Positions 43,608 to 52,319 of a stretch of DNA of 64,000 nt are shown here, piece after piece; position 1 is the first letter of the stretch; each line of letters starts with the position of its first letter. The stretch is from Fidelibacterota bacterium (GTDB lineage Bacteria > Fidelibacterota > Marinisomatia > Marinisomatales > TCS55). Below the pieces are notes generated by a model, which was not told where the DNA came from, did no database searches, and was given only the letters and a program-made list of their open reading frames with translations. The stretch is from the NCBI GenBank assembly GCA_046861385.1, contig JBHHTW010000006.1:1-64000 (forward strand), written 5' to 3'. The position numbers and the translations under genes were made by a program.

Positions 43608-44400
43608 GAACCATTTGGACGTTATCTAAAGATGAGCCCAAAAAGCGTTTACCAATCGCCTCAAACCTCAAGGGAATATCTGTGACGTAACACGTGAGAG
43701 ACCCCGCTTGGTCGTCGGTATTTAACAAATGAGAGTTTGACAGCTGTGTTTGTATTTCTTGCGCTACTGCTTCCGCTGAATCTATTAGAGTCATTTTTTC
43801 ATTGACATAATTAGCGATAATGTTTTTTAATAATGGATAATGAGTACACCCTAGAATCAACGTATCAATCTGATTATTATTAAACGGTTTCAAATAATGG
43901 GCGGTTATTTGCTCGACAACATTCCCTTCCAGCCAACCTTCTTCAGCCAGTGGAACAAAAAGGGGACACGGTTGTGCGCTGGTAACAACATTTTTATCTA
44001 AACTATAAATTGCTTTTTCATAGGCACCAGAACTAATGGTAGCAACAGTTCCAATGATGCCTACGTGTTTATTTTGTGTTGCTATCACCGCTTCCTTTGC
44101 CCCGGGATTGATAACGCCAACAACAGGCTCATTAATATTATTCATTAATGTATCTAGTGCCATTGCAGACGCAGTATTGCACGCAACGACTATCAATTTG
44201 GAATTGTTTTTTATTAAATAATCCGTAATGTCATTAGAATATTCAATAATGAGTTCTTTACTTTTATTGCCGTAAGGGACTCGGGCTGTATCGCCAAAAT
44301 ATATAATCGATTCATTCGGAAGAAGTTTTTGTATTGCTTTCACAACGGTTAACCCTCCCAATCCAGAATCAAATACACCGATGGGTCTTGAATCAGACAT
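43597..44400 (-). CDS. murI: Glutamate racemase
   Basis: FDSGLGGLTV, ACNTA, LGCTHYP. Confidence 0.97.
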   Translation of the reverse strand: MSDSRPIGVFDSGLGGLTVVKAIQKLLPNESIIYFGDTARVPYGNKSKELIIEYSNDITDYLIKNNSKLIVVACNTASAMALDTLMNNINEPVVGVINPGAKEAVIATQNKHVGIIGTVATISSGAYEKAIYSLDKNVVTSAQPCPLFVPLAEEGWLEGNVVEQITAHYLKPFNNNQIDTLILGCTHYPLLKNIIANYVNEKMTLIDSAEAVAQEIQTQLSNSHLLNTDDQAGSLTCYVTDIPLRFEAIGKRFLGSSLDNVQMVHEF

Positions 44401-45893
44401 TAACCTTCTACCAATAATTCTTCCCGAAGAGTCCGGAATTTTATTATTGCATTAAAAATTCCAACTGCAATTTTTTGTCGATATGCAGTTTGTTTCATAC
44501 GAGCTTCTTCAGTCGCATTTGAAAGAAAGCCGGTTTCGATAAGTACATTGGGCATGCTCGCTCCTATCAGAACAACAAATCCTGCTTGTTTTACACCTCT
44601 GTTTGTGCTGTTCAATCTTTTGCCTAATTCTTCTTGAATTAGTGCAGCTAATTTTTCACTTTCTTTCATGAACATTGATTGAGCCATCGTTGCCATAATT
44701 AAATTTTCTCCTGTTAATTCCTTATATTTTTCTCCACTGTGTTCCTCCATTTTGATGACTGAATTTTCGCGATGCGCCAATTCGATGGCATCATCAGATT
44801 TCCCTTGTTTTAGCAAGAATGTCTCAAACCCTCTTGCTGAGCGATTTGGATTGCTATTACAGTGGATGCTTACGAACATTTTCCCATTATTTTCATTTGC
44901 AATTTTGGTGCGTTTCCACAATGGGATAAAAACATCTTCGTCTCGAGTATACACGACATTAATATTGGTTTTCTTTTCTAGGAGAAGCCCTAACCGCTTG
45001 GTGATATCCAATACAATATCTTTTTCCCGAGTCCCCCTTTTCCCAACTGTGCCGCCATCTTTACCACCATGCCCGGCATCCAACACCACTGTATCTAGTT
45101 GCCATCTTTCTCTTAATGCTCTAATGCGGTCAGCGCTTTTGTCAAAGGGAGTCCGCAACGTGATTACAATTGCATTTGGATCCTGGCTTTGAAATACTTC
45201 ATGCCCTATTATATCTGATCGTAGACGAAAAGCTAATTGAGCCGATTCCGTGAATTGATGTGCGGCTACTTTTGCCACAACACCTCGAGTATCCGTTTTT
45301 TTTATTTGTATGGAATCTACTAGTCCATCCTGAATGGTGAGATAAAACCATCCATTTTCGTGAACAAATGAACTGATATGGCCTGTGTCAAAATGCTGTC
45401 GTGTATGAAGTGTTAAAATGGTTCCGTTTGATTTCTGGTCAATGTCTAAATCGGTAATATTGTAATTAACCACATTTATATCCAGTCTCAATTTTTTAGG
45501 ATCATAAGACAACCCTGGCAAAACTGTTTTTTTAAGAATATTTAAAAATGGTATTGTTGGCAAATAAATATCATTATCTTTATCTCTGGCATAGACAGGC
45601 ATGTGATACACTTCTTCATCTACCAAAACATAACTTGAATTGTTTGAAATTTTTATGCGCTTATTAGAGAAGTAAAGCACCATTTTCTTTCTATCATGAT
45701 TTATATAGGGCTGTCTGGATGTTAGAATTTCAGATAGATTTTTTGCAGAGATAAACGAAGGGTTCTCATCCAATATTTTTAGCTCAGATTCCTGTTTGCT
45801 TACACTATTATATACTGTAATAGAGGCATTCATCCATGATGAACAAAAAAGTATTATTAATAGACTATTTATGATAATGTTTCTGTGAATCAT
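44400..45893 (-). CDS. N-acetylmuramoyl-L-alanine amidase (Amidase_3)
   Basis: LDAGHGGKD, EKDIVL, SIHCN, VLIETGFLSN. Confidence 0.93.
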   Translation of the reverse strand: MIHRNIIINSLLIILFCSSWMNASITVYNSVSKQESELKILDENPSFISAKNLSEILTSRQPYINHDRKKMVLYFSNKRIKISNNSSYVLVDEEVYHMPVYARDKDNDIYLPTIPFLNILKKTVLPGLSYDPKKLRLDINVVNYNITDLDIDQKSNGTILTLHTRQHFDTGHISSFVHENGWFYLTIQDGLVDSIQIKKTDTRGVVAKVAAHQFTESAQLAFRLRSDIIGHEVFQSQDPNAIVITLRTPFDKSADRIRALRERWQLDTVVLDAGHGGKDGGTVGKRGTREKDIVLDITKRLGLLLEKKTNINVVYTRDEDVFIPLWKRTKIANENNGKMFVSIHCNSNPNRSARGFETFLLKQGKSDDAIELAHRENSVIKMEEHSGEKYKELTGENLIMATMAQSMFMKESEKLAALIQEELGKRLNSTNRGVKQAGFVVLIGASMPNVLIETGFLSNATEEARMKQTAYRQKIAVGIFNAIIKFRTLREELLVEG

Positions 45894-45937
45894 AGGCGGG
45901 AAGTTATTCTCATAAAACCAACCTCTGCAATGGTACT

Positions 45938-47737
45938 CTATAAATTTATTTGGATAGCTAACGCTCCGGTTTTATCAGTAGTTCCTTTGAATGTTGTGAA
46001 CGACCATCTAACTCTGTATCTAATAAATATTCGATAATTGCTATGGTCTGATATTTGAATTCTTGCTCCAATTTGTTGACTATCACGACTGACAGCAATG
46101 CTGTTCATTTCCCCCGGAAGATTGAGTCCCCAAAAATATATTCTACTATTATAGTCATCAACTTTAGACACAATCCAACTGACTGTGGCACCGTAATTAT
46201 TTCCTTTGAAACGTATTCTTGTTTCCAACCCGTACCCCCAGGAAGGATTCATATTAAATGTTGCTGTATTTATCTGCCATCGGATATTTGCCCGTTTATT
46301 TATTTTGTATTGATATTGCCATTTTGATGTGGTTCGTTTTATTTCAGAATAATTAACATTATTTGGGAAATAGGCTTCAACGGATGTTTGCGAATTTTGT
46401 TTGAATTGGATTATTATTTGATGAACTAAATGAGACCATTTCCAACGAATTCCGTTTTCCTGTTTGATCAGGCGATATGGAGAATAAGAGTCTTCTTCAA
46501 TTTTATGAGCAATATCACTATATAAAGCAAAAACATGATTTTTCATTTTTACTCTCACATTCTGAAAAACACCCTTTTCACCATCTTGATACCCTCTCCA
46601 TTCTGAAAATGGTTGTGAGCGGTATGTTCTAAAATGATGAGGGTACGATCGAATGGTCACTAAATATTTGATTTCTTTTAATCGAAACAACGCTCCTGAC
46701 AAAAATGAAATGTCCTGTAAATTATGAATCGCACTTTCGCCAAACCACTCCCAATTGTGCCATCTGCCTGTAGTAAAAACAGATCCCGATGCCTTAGTGA
46801 ATACAGTGGATTTCCTCAAATCAACTACCCGTTGGTTATTAATGATAATTCCAATGTGATTGTCAAAAAAATCATTACTCCATAAGAGAGTGCTTGAGTT
46901 CTCCTTTAAATTATTTTCAGCAGTTAAATCATTTTTTGTTATATGCAAACCTGTTTCATCTATATTGATTTTACCATTTTCTACTTTTCCGTCCTGGAGT
47001 GAATTCCCAATTGAAAAGATTATTTCGCCAAAGTTGGATTCCCATTGAACCCCAAGTCCTTTCGTGCTCCAATATTCATTACTTGACCGATATGGTTTTA
47101 ACCCTTTTCCTTTTCTGGTTAATACATTGATTGTTTCAAATCCCTTATAAGGCGAAGTTGCTCTCCAGGTTATTAAGCCAAAACCACCTTCCAACTGATG
47201 ATCCCCAATTATCCAACGCATTGATTTCCCATTTCCCTGAAGGTTAAATACAGCGTGGTCTAATATATTTCTTTCACCCGGATCTTTTTCAAACAACAAG
47301 TGAACATGATAATCACGAAACGAAACCGATGTTCGCAAATCATGTCTGATGCCATTCGTTTGTGTGATTTTTTCCCTGACCGATCCATGAATTTGCGGTT
47401 CATTAATGATGTTAATATTATTGATTAATATTTGAATTGATTTAGACAACTGACTACTTGTTTTCAATTCGTCTATCGTCTTTACTTGACCAAGTATTTT
47501 TTGATCATCGGTTGAAATTATAGAAATATTCGAAAGAATGATAAGGGCATTTTTTGTGGTTTGTTCTTCATTTAATAAGCTATTTAAATAAATGATATCT
47601 TCTTCCGGGATCACCGCTTCCGAATCATACCCGAATTGATTGAGGATTTCTTCTGTGGAGTTTGTTTTATCGTTGGATGGAAAACCCAACACCCATCCAA
47701 TGAGAAATATCCAGATAATTGTGAGTTGAAAAAGCAT
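45938..47737 (-). CDS. Hypothetical outer-membrane protein
   Basis: Signal peptide, EKDPGE and IGD...GFGL motifs, many amphipathic strands. Confidence 0.55.
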   Translation of the reverse strand: MLFQLTIIWIFLIGWVLGFPSNDKTNSTEEILNQFGYDSEAVIPEEDIIYLNSLLNEEQTTKNALIILSNISIISTDDQKILGQVKTIDELKTSSQLSKSIQILINNINIINEPQIHGSVREKITQTNGIRHDLRTSVSFRDYHVHLLFEKDPGERNILDHAVFNLQGNGKSMRWIIGDHQLEGGFGLITWRATSPYKGFETINVLTRKGKGLKPYRSSNEYWSTKGLGVQWESNFGEIIFSIGNSLQDGKVENGKINIDETGLHITKNDLTAENNLKENSSTLLWSNDFFDNHIGIIINNQRVVDLRKSTVFTKASGSVFTTGRWHNWEWFGESAIHNLQDISFLSGALFRLKEIKYLVTIRSYPHHFRTYRSQPFSEWRGYQDGEKGVFQNVRVKMKNHVFALYSDIAHKIEEDSYSPYRLIKQENGIRWKWSHLVHQIIIQFKQNSQTSVEAYFPNNVNYSEIKRTTSKWQYQYKINKRANIRWQINTATFNMNPSWGYGLETRIRFKGNNYGATVSWIVSKVDDYNSRIYFWGLNLPGEMNSIAVSRDSQQIGARIQISDHSNYRIFIRYRVRWSFTTFKGTTDKTGALAIQINL

Positions 47738-48500
47738 AACTTATTTTTATTTGTTTATAATCGATATTTATTCCCAGTGTTAATTGGTTTGGTGATGTTG
47801 CATGTCCGGCACATACGCTGATCCATGGCATTAACAAAAACTCGCCACCAAATTTTATTCGACTCTCATTGAGAGTTTCTTGTTCCCATTCGAAAATGAA
47901 TTGTACCTTTTTTGAAGGATCAACCAAAAACCCTGAGGAAATAACCTGCGGCAGCGAGTCTTTGGATTTGCCAATTATTGGCGCATTGATATTTCTTAAA
48001 CTACCAAACCAGTGAATATTATCATCTAATGCTGCTCTCCATCCAAGATTTAAGCCTGCGGTTCGGTCGCTGCCATATTGCTTGATTTTCAGATCATAGA
48101 TCATTACTGATGCGCCCAGAATCAATTTCTTTTTGATCTTTGTCCCGGTTACAATCCCCCAAATAGTTTCACGATATAACTTATCTCCAAAAACACTTCC
48201 CCCGGCTGAAATATTCCAGCGACGAAATGACCCGGCAATGACGGCACTGCGATGACTTAATGCCTTCAGTGAAAATTTTTCTCCCCATGCGACACCAAAT
48301 TTACTTTTTTCAAACAGCATTACGCTGGCAGGGTCACTAAAAGTACCAATCGGATTAGATTGAGTGTTGACCAATAAATACCCGGTTGCCACAGCTTCCG
48401 GGGCAGAAGGATAATGCTCAAAAGCGCCAAAAAGCTGGTTAAGTCCAGTTATCAAATAAACAATTGAAATCACCGTTGTTCTTTTTATTTGAAGAATGAT
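47667..48500 (-). CDS. PorV/PorQ-like outer-membrane beta-barrel protein
   Basis: FSDPASV, LRNINAP, LPQVISSG, ISYAF; likely ATC start at 48500 after AGGAGGT (GTG at 48473 is the alternative). Confidence 0.55.
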   Translation of the reverse strand: MILQIKRTTVISIVYLITGLNQLFGAFEHYPSAPEAVATGYLLVNTQSNPIGTFSDPASVMLFEKSKFGVAWGEKFSLKALSHRSAVIAGSFRRWNISAGGSVFGDKLYRETIWGIVTGTKIKKKLILGASVMIYDLKIKQYGSDRTAGLNLGWRAALDDNIHWFGSLRNINAPIIGKSKDSLPQVISSGFLVDPSKKVQFIFEWEQETLNESRIKFGGEFLLMPWISVCAGHATSPNQLTLGINIDYKQIKISYAFSTHNYLDISHWMGVGFSIQR

Positions 48501-48703
48501 TACTAGTACCTCCTATATGAAAAAACAAACAAATATCTGAAAAAAACATCAAAAACCCAATCAACTAGATGCTCTTTATATTAAGAAATTGCTTTATTCC
48601 TAAAACGATAAAAATTCAAAAAACGATTTGCAATATCTCACATTATATAATGTTTAAACGAAATAATTATGAATAGTTTACACAACATTTTGTCTATAAA
48701 CAA

Positions 48704-48727
48704 CTACGCCCCGATAAAGGGGCGCAG
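48704..48727 (-). terminator. Intrinsic terminator after the small membrane protein pair
   Basis: Minus-strand CUGCGCCCC-UUUAUC-GGGGCGUAG followed by UUGUUU. Confidence 0.7.
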
Positions 48728-48756
48728 CATTCAAAATGGATATTATTGGCTGTGGT

Positions 48757-48969
48757 TTATTTTTTGGAGTTCATAGCAACGAGAAAAATCAGTGCTAACA
48801 GACCCGCAAGGCCTGCGTCACCAAATTGTCCCATCAAACTACCTACTCCTGCAATCACGCCAAATGGATCGTCAAATAAAATTCCTATGACAATACCGAG
48901 GACCACCAGCGTTTTCAGCAGGTCGGTTATTTTGGCTATCCATTTATTTACTTGGTCAAAAGCATTCAT
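48757..48969 (-). CDS. Small membrane protein (paralogue A)
   Basis: AGGAGG SD; two hydrophobic helices; GLAGLLAL motif. Confidence 0.85.
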   Translation of the reverse strand: MNAFDQVNKWIAKITDLLKTLVVLGIVIGILFDDPFGVIAGVGSLMGQFGDAGLAGLLALIFLVAMNSKK

Positions 48970-49001
48970 ATTTCCTCCTATGATGAGGTTATCAGGATCA
49001 A

Positions 49002-49031
49002 ACAGGGCTCAAATTTGCAAAAGAGCCCTGT
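49002..49031 (-). promoter_or_regulatory. Intercistronic stem-loop
   Basis: ACAGGGCTC / GAGCCCTGT perfect 9-bp inverted repeat. Confidence 0.6.
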
Positions 49032-49047
49032 AATTTCATCCCGTTAA

Positions 49048-49257
49048 TTATCCCACCATGGATACGAGAAATAGTAACGCTAATAAACCCGCTAGTCCAC
49101 CGTCAAGAAATGTGTTTACTAAATCAACTATACCACCAACGGGGTCAAAACCTGTTGCGTATAAAATGTTAGCAAAAACGAAGAATACGATTAAGCCTTT
49201 AACAAGACTTACGATTCCTGCGACGACACTATTGACAGTTGAGCTTACATCAGCCAT
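49048..49257 (-). CDS. Small membrane protein (paralogue B)
   Basis: AAGGAGG SD; two hydrophobic helices; GLAGLLAL motif. Confidence 0.85.
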   Translation of the reverse strand: MADVSSTVNSVVAGIVSLVKGLIVFFVFANILYATGFDPVGGIVDLVNTFLDGGLAGLLALLFLVSMVG

Positions 49258-49424
49258 GATGTTCCTCCTTGGTTTGGTTATTAGTAAAACAGAGGCAGTT
49301 CGCCCCCGTTTGTTTGGTATGTTTTTCTTGATTGAGATGGATTTTAAATATCTTCAAATCATCTGAATTTAAGCACATTTCAATATTTATCAACATTTTT
49401 ATTCCGTGGGTATAATTTAATCAT

Positions 49425-50336
49425 TTAAGTGCTGTTCTCGACGGAAGACGATCTGGCGCCTCGGATAACTGCATCTACTACCAGATATCGGGATAACCAA
49501 TAATGATCACAAAATCGGTGTGTTTTCTGTACCCCGAAGCGCAAAATTGGATTGAATAGGCTATACCCTTTTATGGAATGAATCCATTGGCCTCCTAAAT
49601 GATTGGTATATTGCGGATATTGAGTAATTAGCGACGGTAAATTGGTTTTTCCATACTGAAACATTGATTCACAAAACGTGCCAAAACTCCGTTTATGATG
49701 GTGTTCACTCACGGCTTTTAATGAAAATCTCAACGAATCCGGATATGCTTCCCAAAGGCGTATTGCCAACTCGGTGTCTTCCCCGCCATACATGGTGATA
49801 TTTTCATCAAAAAGATCTATAATTTCAAATACGGATCGCCTTACAGCTGTATTATTAAACAAAAAATATTGGAAATTGATTGGCTCTCCCTCTTCAAACC
49901 GGCGCGCGCCACGTCTTTTATCATATAGATATTTATCTAATGAGTTTATTTTTTCATTCTTCGGCATTTTAGAGTCGCCTATTACCCCAACTACATTATT
50001 ATTGGAAAGAACTTGGGTTTGCATTTTTATCCAGTTTTGCTTTACAACCATATCGCTGTCCAAAAAGCAGATGACGTCTCCATTCCCAGCCCTTATTCCT
50101 GAATTTCGAGAGGAAGCCAATCCTTTATTACGTTCATGGTGAATAACAGTAATATTTGACTGATTGGAAAATGATCCGAGCAATTCAGCCGTATGATCCG
50201 TTGAACCATCATTGACTAAATAAATTTTTACTGTATTATCATATTCTTGATTTATTACGCTCCTAACACATTTCTCAACAACATGAGCAACATTATAACA
50301 AGGAATAACAACATCTACAGTGGGACAATAATTCAA
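49425..50336 (-). CDS. Glycosyltransferase family 2
   Basis: VVIPCYN, VNDGSTD, FLDSD, GGEDTE. Confidence 0.93.
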   Translation of the reverse strand: MNYCPTVDVVIPCYNVAHVVEKCVRSVINQEYDNTVKIYLVNDGSTDHTAELLGSFSNQSNITVIHHERNKGLASSRNSGIRAGNGDVICFLDSDMVVKQNWIKMQTQVLSNNNVVGVIGDSKMPKNEKINSLDKYLYDKRRGARRFEEGEPINFQYFLFNNTAVRRSVFEIIDLFDENITMYGGEDTELAIRLWEAYPDSLRFSLKAVSEHHHKRSFGTFCESMFQYGKTNLPSLITQYPQYTNHLGGQWIHSIKGYSLFNPILRFGVQKTHRFCDHYWLSRYLVVDAVIRGARSSSVENST

Positions 50337-51421
50337 AGGAGCCCTCTCTCTTCATAATAGCCATACAATACGTCAGCCGTATTATGTAAGTCATGATGAG
50401 CTACAACCCATTTCCTACTTCTTTTTTTATGCTCCAGAATTTTATTCGGATTTTCGATTAACTCTAACAATGTGTCATAAAGAGTGTCTCCAGTTACATT
50501 GACAAACGGATGATTCGGAATGAACTCAACGTATTGTGGAATCAGTTCTGTTACACAGCATAACCCTAGAGACAATGCTTCCACAGAGTTCATACCGTAG
50601 CCCCAGCCCCCGCGATTGTGGACCTGATCGATCAAAATATCACAGGACTGCTTTACATGCTGAGCTTCCTCATGGGGCATGTTTTCAATTAATACAAATT
50701 CTATATTTTCATTTTTTGCCAGTTTTTCACAAATGGGTATTATTGTTTCACTTCCTTTGTAATATCTATTTGTAGGGCTGTGGCAAACTCGTATTGGTTT
50801 ATTAATGGTTTGTGGTTCACCGTGCTGACTGGTGTCAAATGGGAGAAATAAATACTTTATGTTTGGATGTTTTTCCATGAGATCAAGCTCGCTGGTTACA
50901 TTCAATCTACTGGCTTTATCTATGGTATCAATGACGCCTCTGGTTCGCATATCCTGACCATGATATGTACAGACAATTGGTTTCCCGGCTTCTATCAGTT
51001 TTTTCACAAAGCGGCTGTCACGATAAAATTCCAAACCCCAGTCAAGGTGATAGATATCATAATTTAATAGTCCCAATTTTTTAATAGCCGGTTCGATCTT
51101 AAAACTCCACAACCAATCCCTAAATTTGAAATACCATTTTTCCGGTATTGAATTAGGGCGCCAAACGGGCGGGTAACCTTTTTTTTCCTGGTAATCTCCA
51201 TCTCCTCCTCTTGCCAGTTGATAATATCGATGCCGGCTTTTCATATACAAAGGATTGGCTTTTACCAACGGTAGGTTTAAACAAATACCCGGATCATAAT
51301 GATGTTTCGTAGGATAAAGAGTAATAAACGTACATTCATTTCCCCGCGCTTCGTGGGCTTGTTTCCAAAGGCTGAGTGTCCCCACTGTATTTTCCGGGGC
51401 AATATATAGAATTTTTTTAAT
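50333..51421 (-). CDS. GT-B fold glycosyltransferase (GT4-like)
   Basis: HSPTNRYYKGS, YGMNSVEALSLG; in-frame upstream IKKILYIAP suggests an ATT start at 51421 (GTG at 51385 is the alternative). Confidence 0.75.
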   Translation of the reverse strand: MKKILYIAPENTVGTLSLWKQAHEARGNECTFITLYPTKHHYDPGICLNLPLVKANPLYMKSRHRYYQLARGGDGDYQEKKGYPPVWRPNSIPEKWYFKFRDWLWSFKIEPAIKKLGLLNYDIYHLDWGLEFYRDSRFVKKLIEAGKPIVCTYHGQDMRTRGVIDTIDKASRLNVTSELDLMEKHPNIKYLFLPFDTSQHGEPQTINKPIRVCHSPTNRYYKGSETIIPICEKLAKNENIEFVLIENMPHEEAQHVKQSCDILIDQVHNRGGWGYGMNSVEALSLGLCCVTELIPQYVEFIPNHPFVNVTGDTLYDTLLELIENPNKILEHKKRSRKWVVAHHDLHNTADVLYGYYEERGLL

Positions 51422-51430
51422 TACAATACC

Positions 51431-52213
51431 TTACTTTGAGTTCTTTTGAAATATAAATGCATAATCATCAAAACTATCTGAATAACTAAATTTTCCATGA
51501 AATTTACGATAAAGAAGTTCAAAATTCATTTTTTCCATTTTATCTATTAAATCTTTTACAGTAATTCCCCATTGAAAAACATGATGTACGTCTCTCCAAA
51601 TTTTCCCGTGTTCAGCATTGATTTTATACGTTTTATTTATCAAGTGTTGAGATAACGGATGCTCACGTTCAAATGGTACATGCTGAAAATATTCATCAAA
51701 ACCCAAATCCAACAAACGGATTGTTTTGTCTGTCTTATTGAACATTTGGTTAAAAATCACAAAATATTTCGTCTTATGAGAATACAATTCTAAAACTTCA
51801 TCCCAGTCCGGATCAACTTGGTGTAAAAGCACATCAAATAAATAAATTGCATCTACATTCACAATTTTTGATATGGCATTGGCATCTGTAAAATTCAATT
51901 CTAGGGAAGTTATTTTGCTATTGTTTTTGCTTAAATCTAAATATTCCTGAGTGAGTTCCGTGTCTACTTGGATTACCTTGTCAACGTTATGTTTTTGAAT
52001 TGTGTAAAAAGAGTAAGCTCCATGAATTTTATAGATACCTCCAAGATCTGCAATTGTTTTGATATCTCCATCGGTCAATTCAAATAATCTATCAATTAAC
52101 ATTTTCTTTGATCGATCAAAATAAATGGGATAACCATACGCTATTTTTGCCCATAATCCATAAATGCCTTTACGAACTCTTTTTAATCTTATTATTTTTC
52201 CGTTCTTTATCAT
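51431..52213 (-). CDS. Putative SAM-dependent methyltransferase in the glycan locus
   Basis: IADLGG motif-I-like, FDVLLHQVDP. Confidence 0.55.
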   Translation of the reverse strand: MIKNGKIIRLKRVRKGIYGLWAKIAYGYPIYFDRSKKMLIDRLFELTDGDIKTIADLGGIYKIHGAYSFYTIQKHNVDKVIQVDTELTQEYLDLSKNNSKITSLELNFTDANAISKIVNVDAIYLFDVLLHQVDPDWDEVLELYSHKTKYFVIFNQMFNKTDKTIRLLDLGFDEYFQHVPFEREHPLSQHLINKTYKINAEHGKIWRDVHHVFQWGITVKDLIDKMEKMNFELLYRKFHGKFSYSDSFDDYAFIFQKNSK

Positions 52214-52319
52214 TTTGTTGTTTGGCTGTTAAATCGTATGATCATTATTTAATAGGCGATTTTAGGGCGAAGTATAATACTTTCATATTTGACGATATTA
52301 TTTCTGGATGTAATATGTA

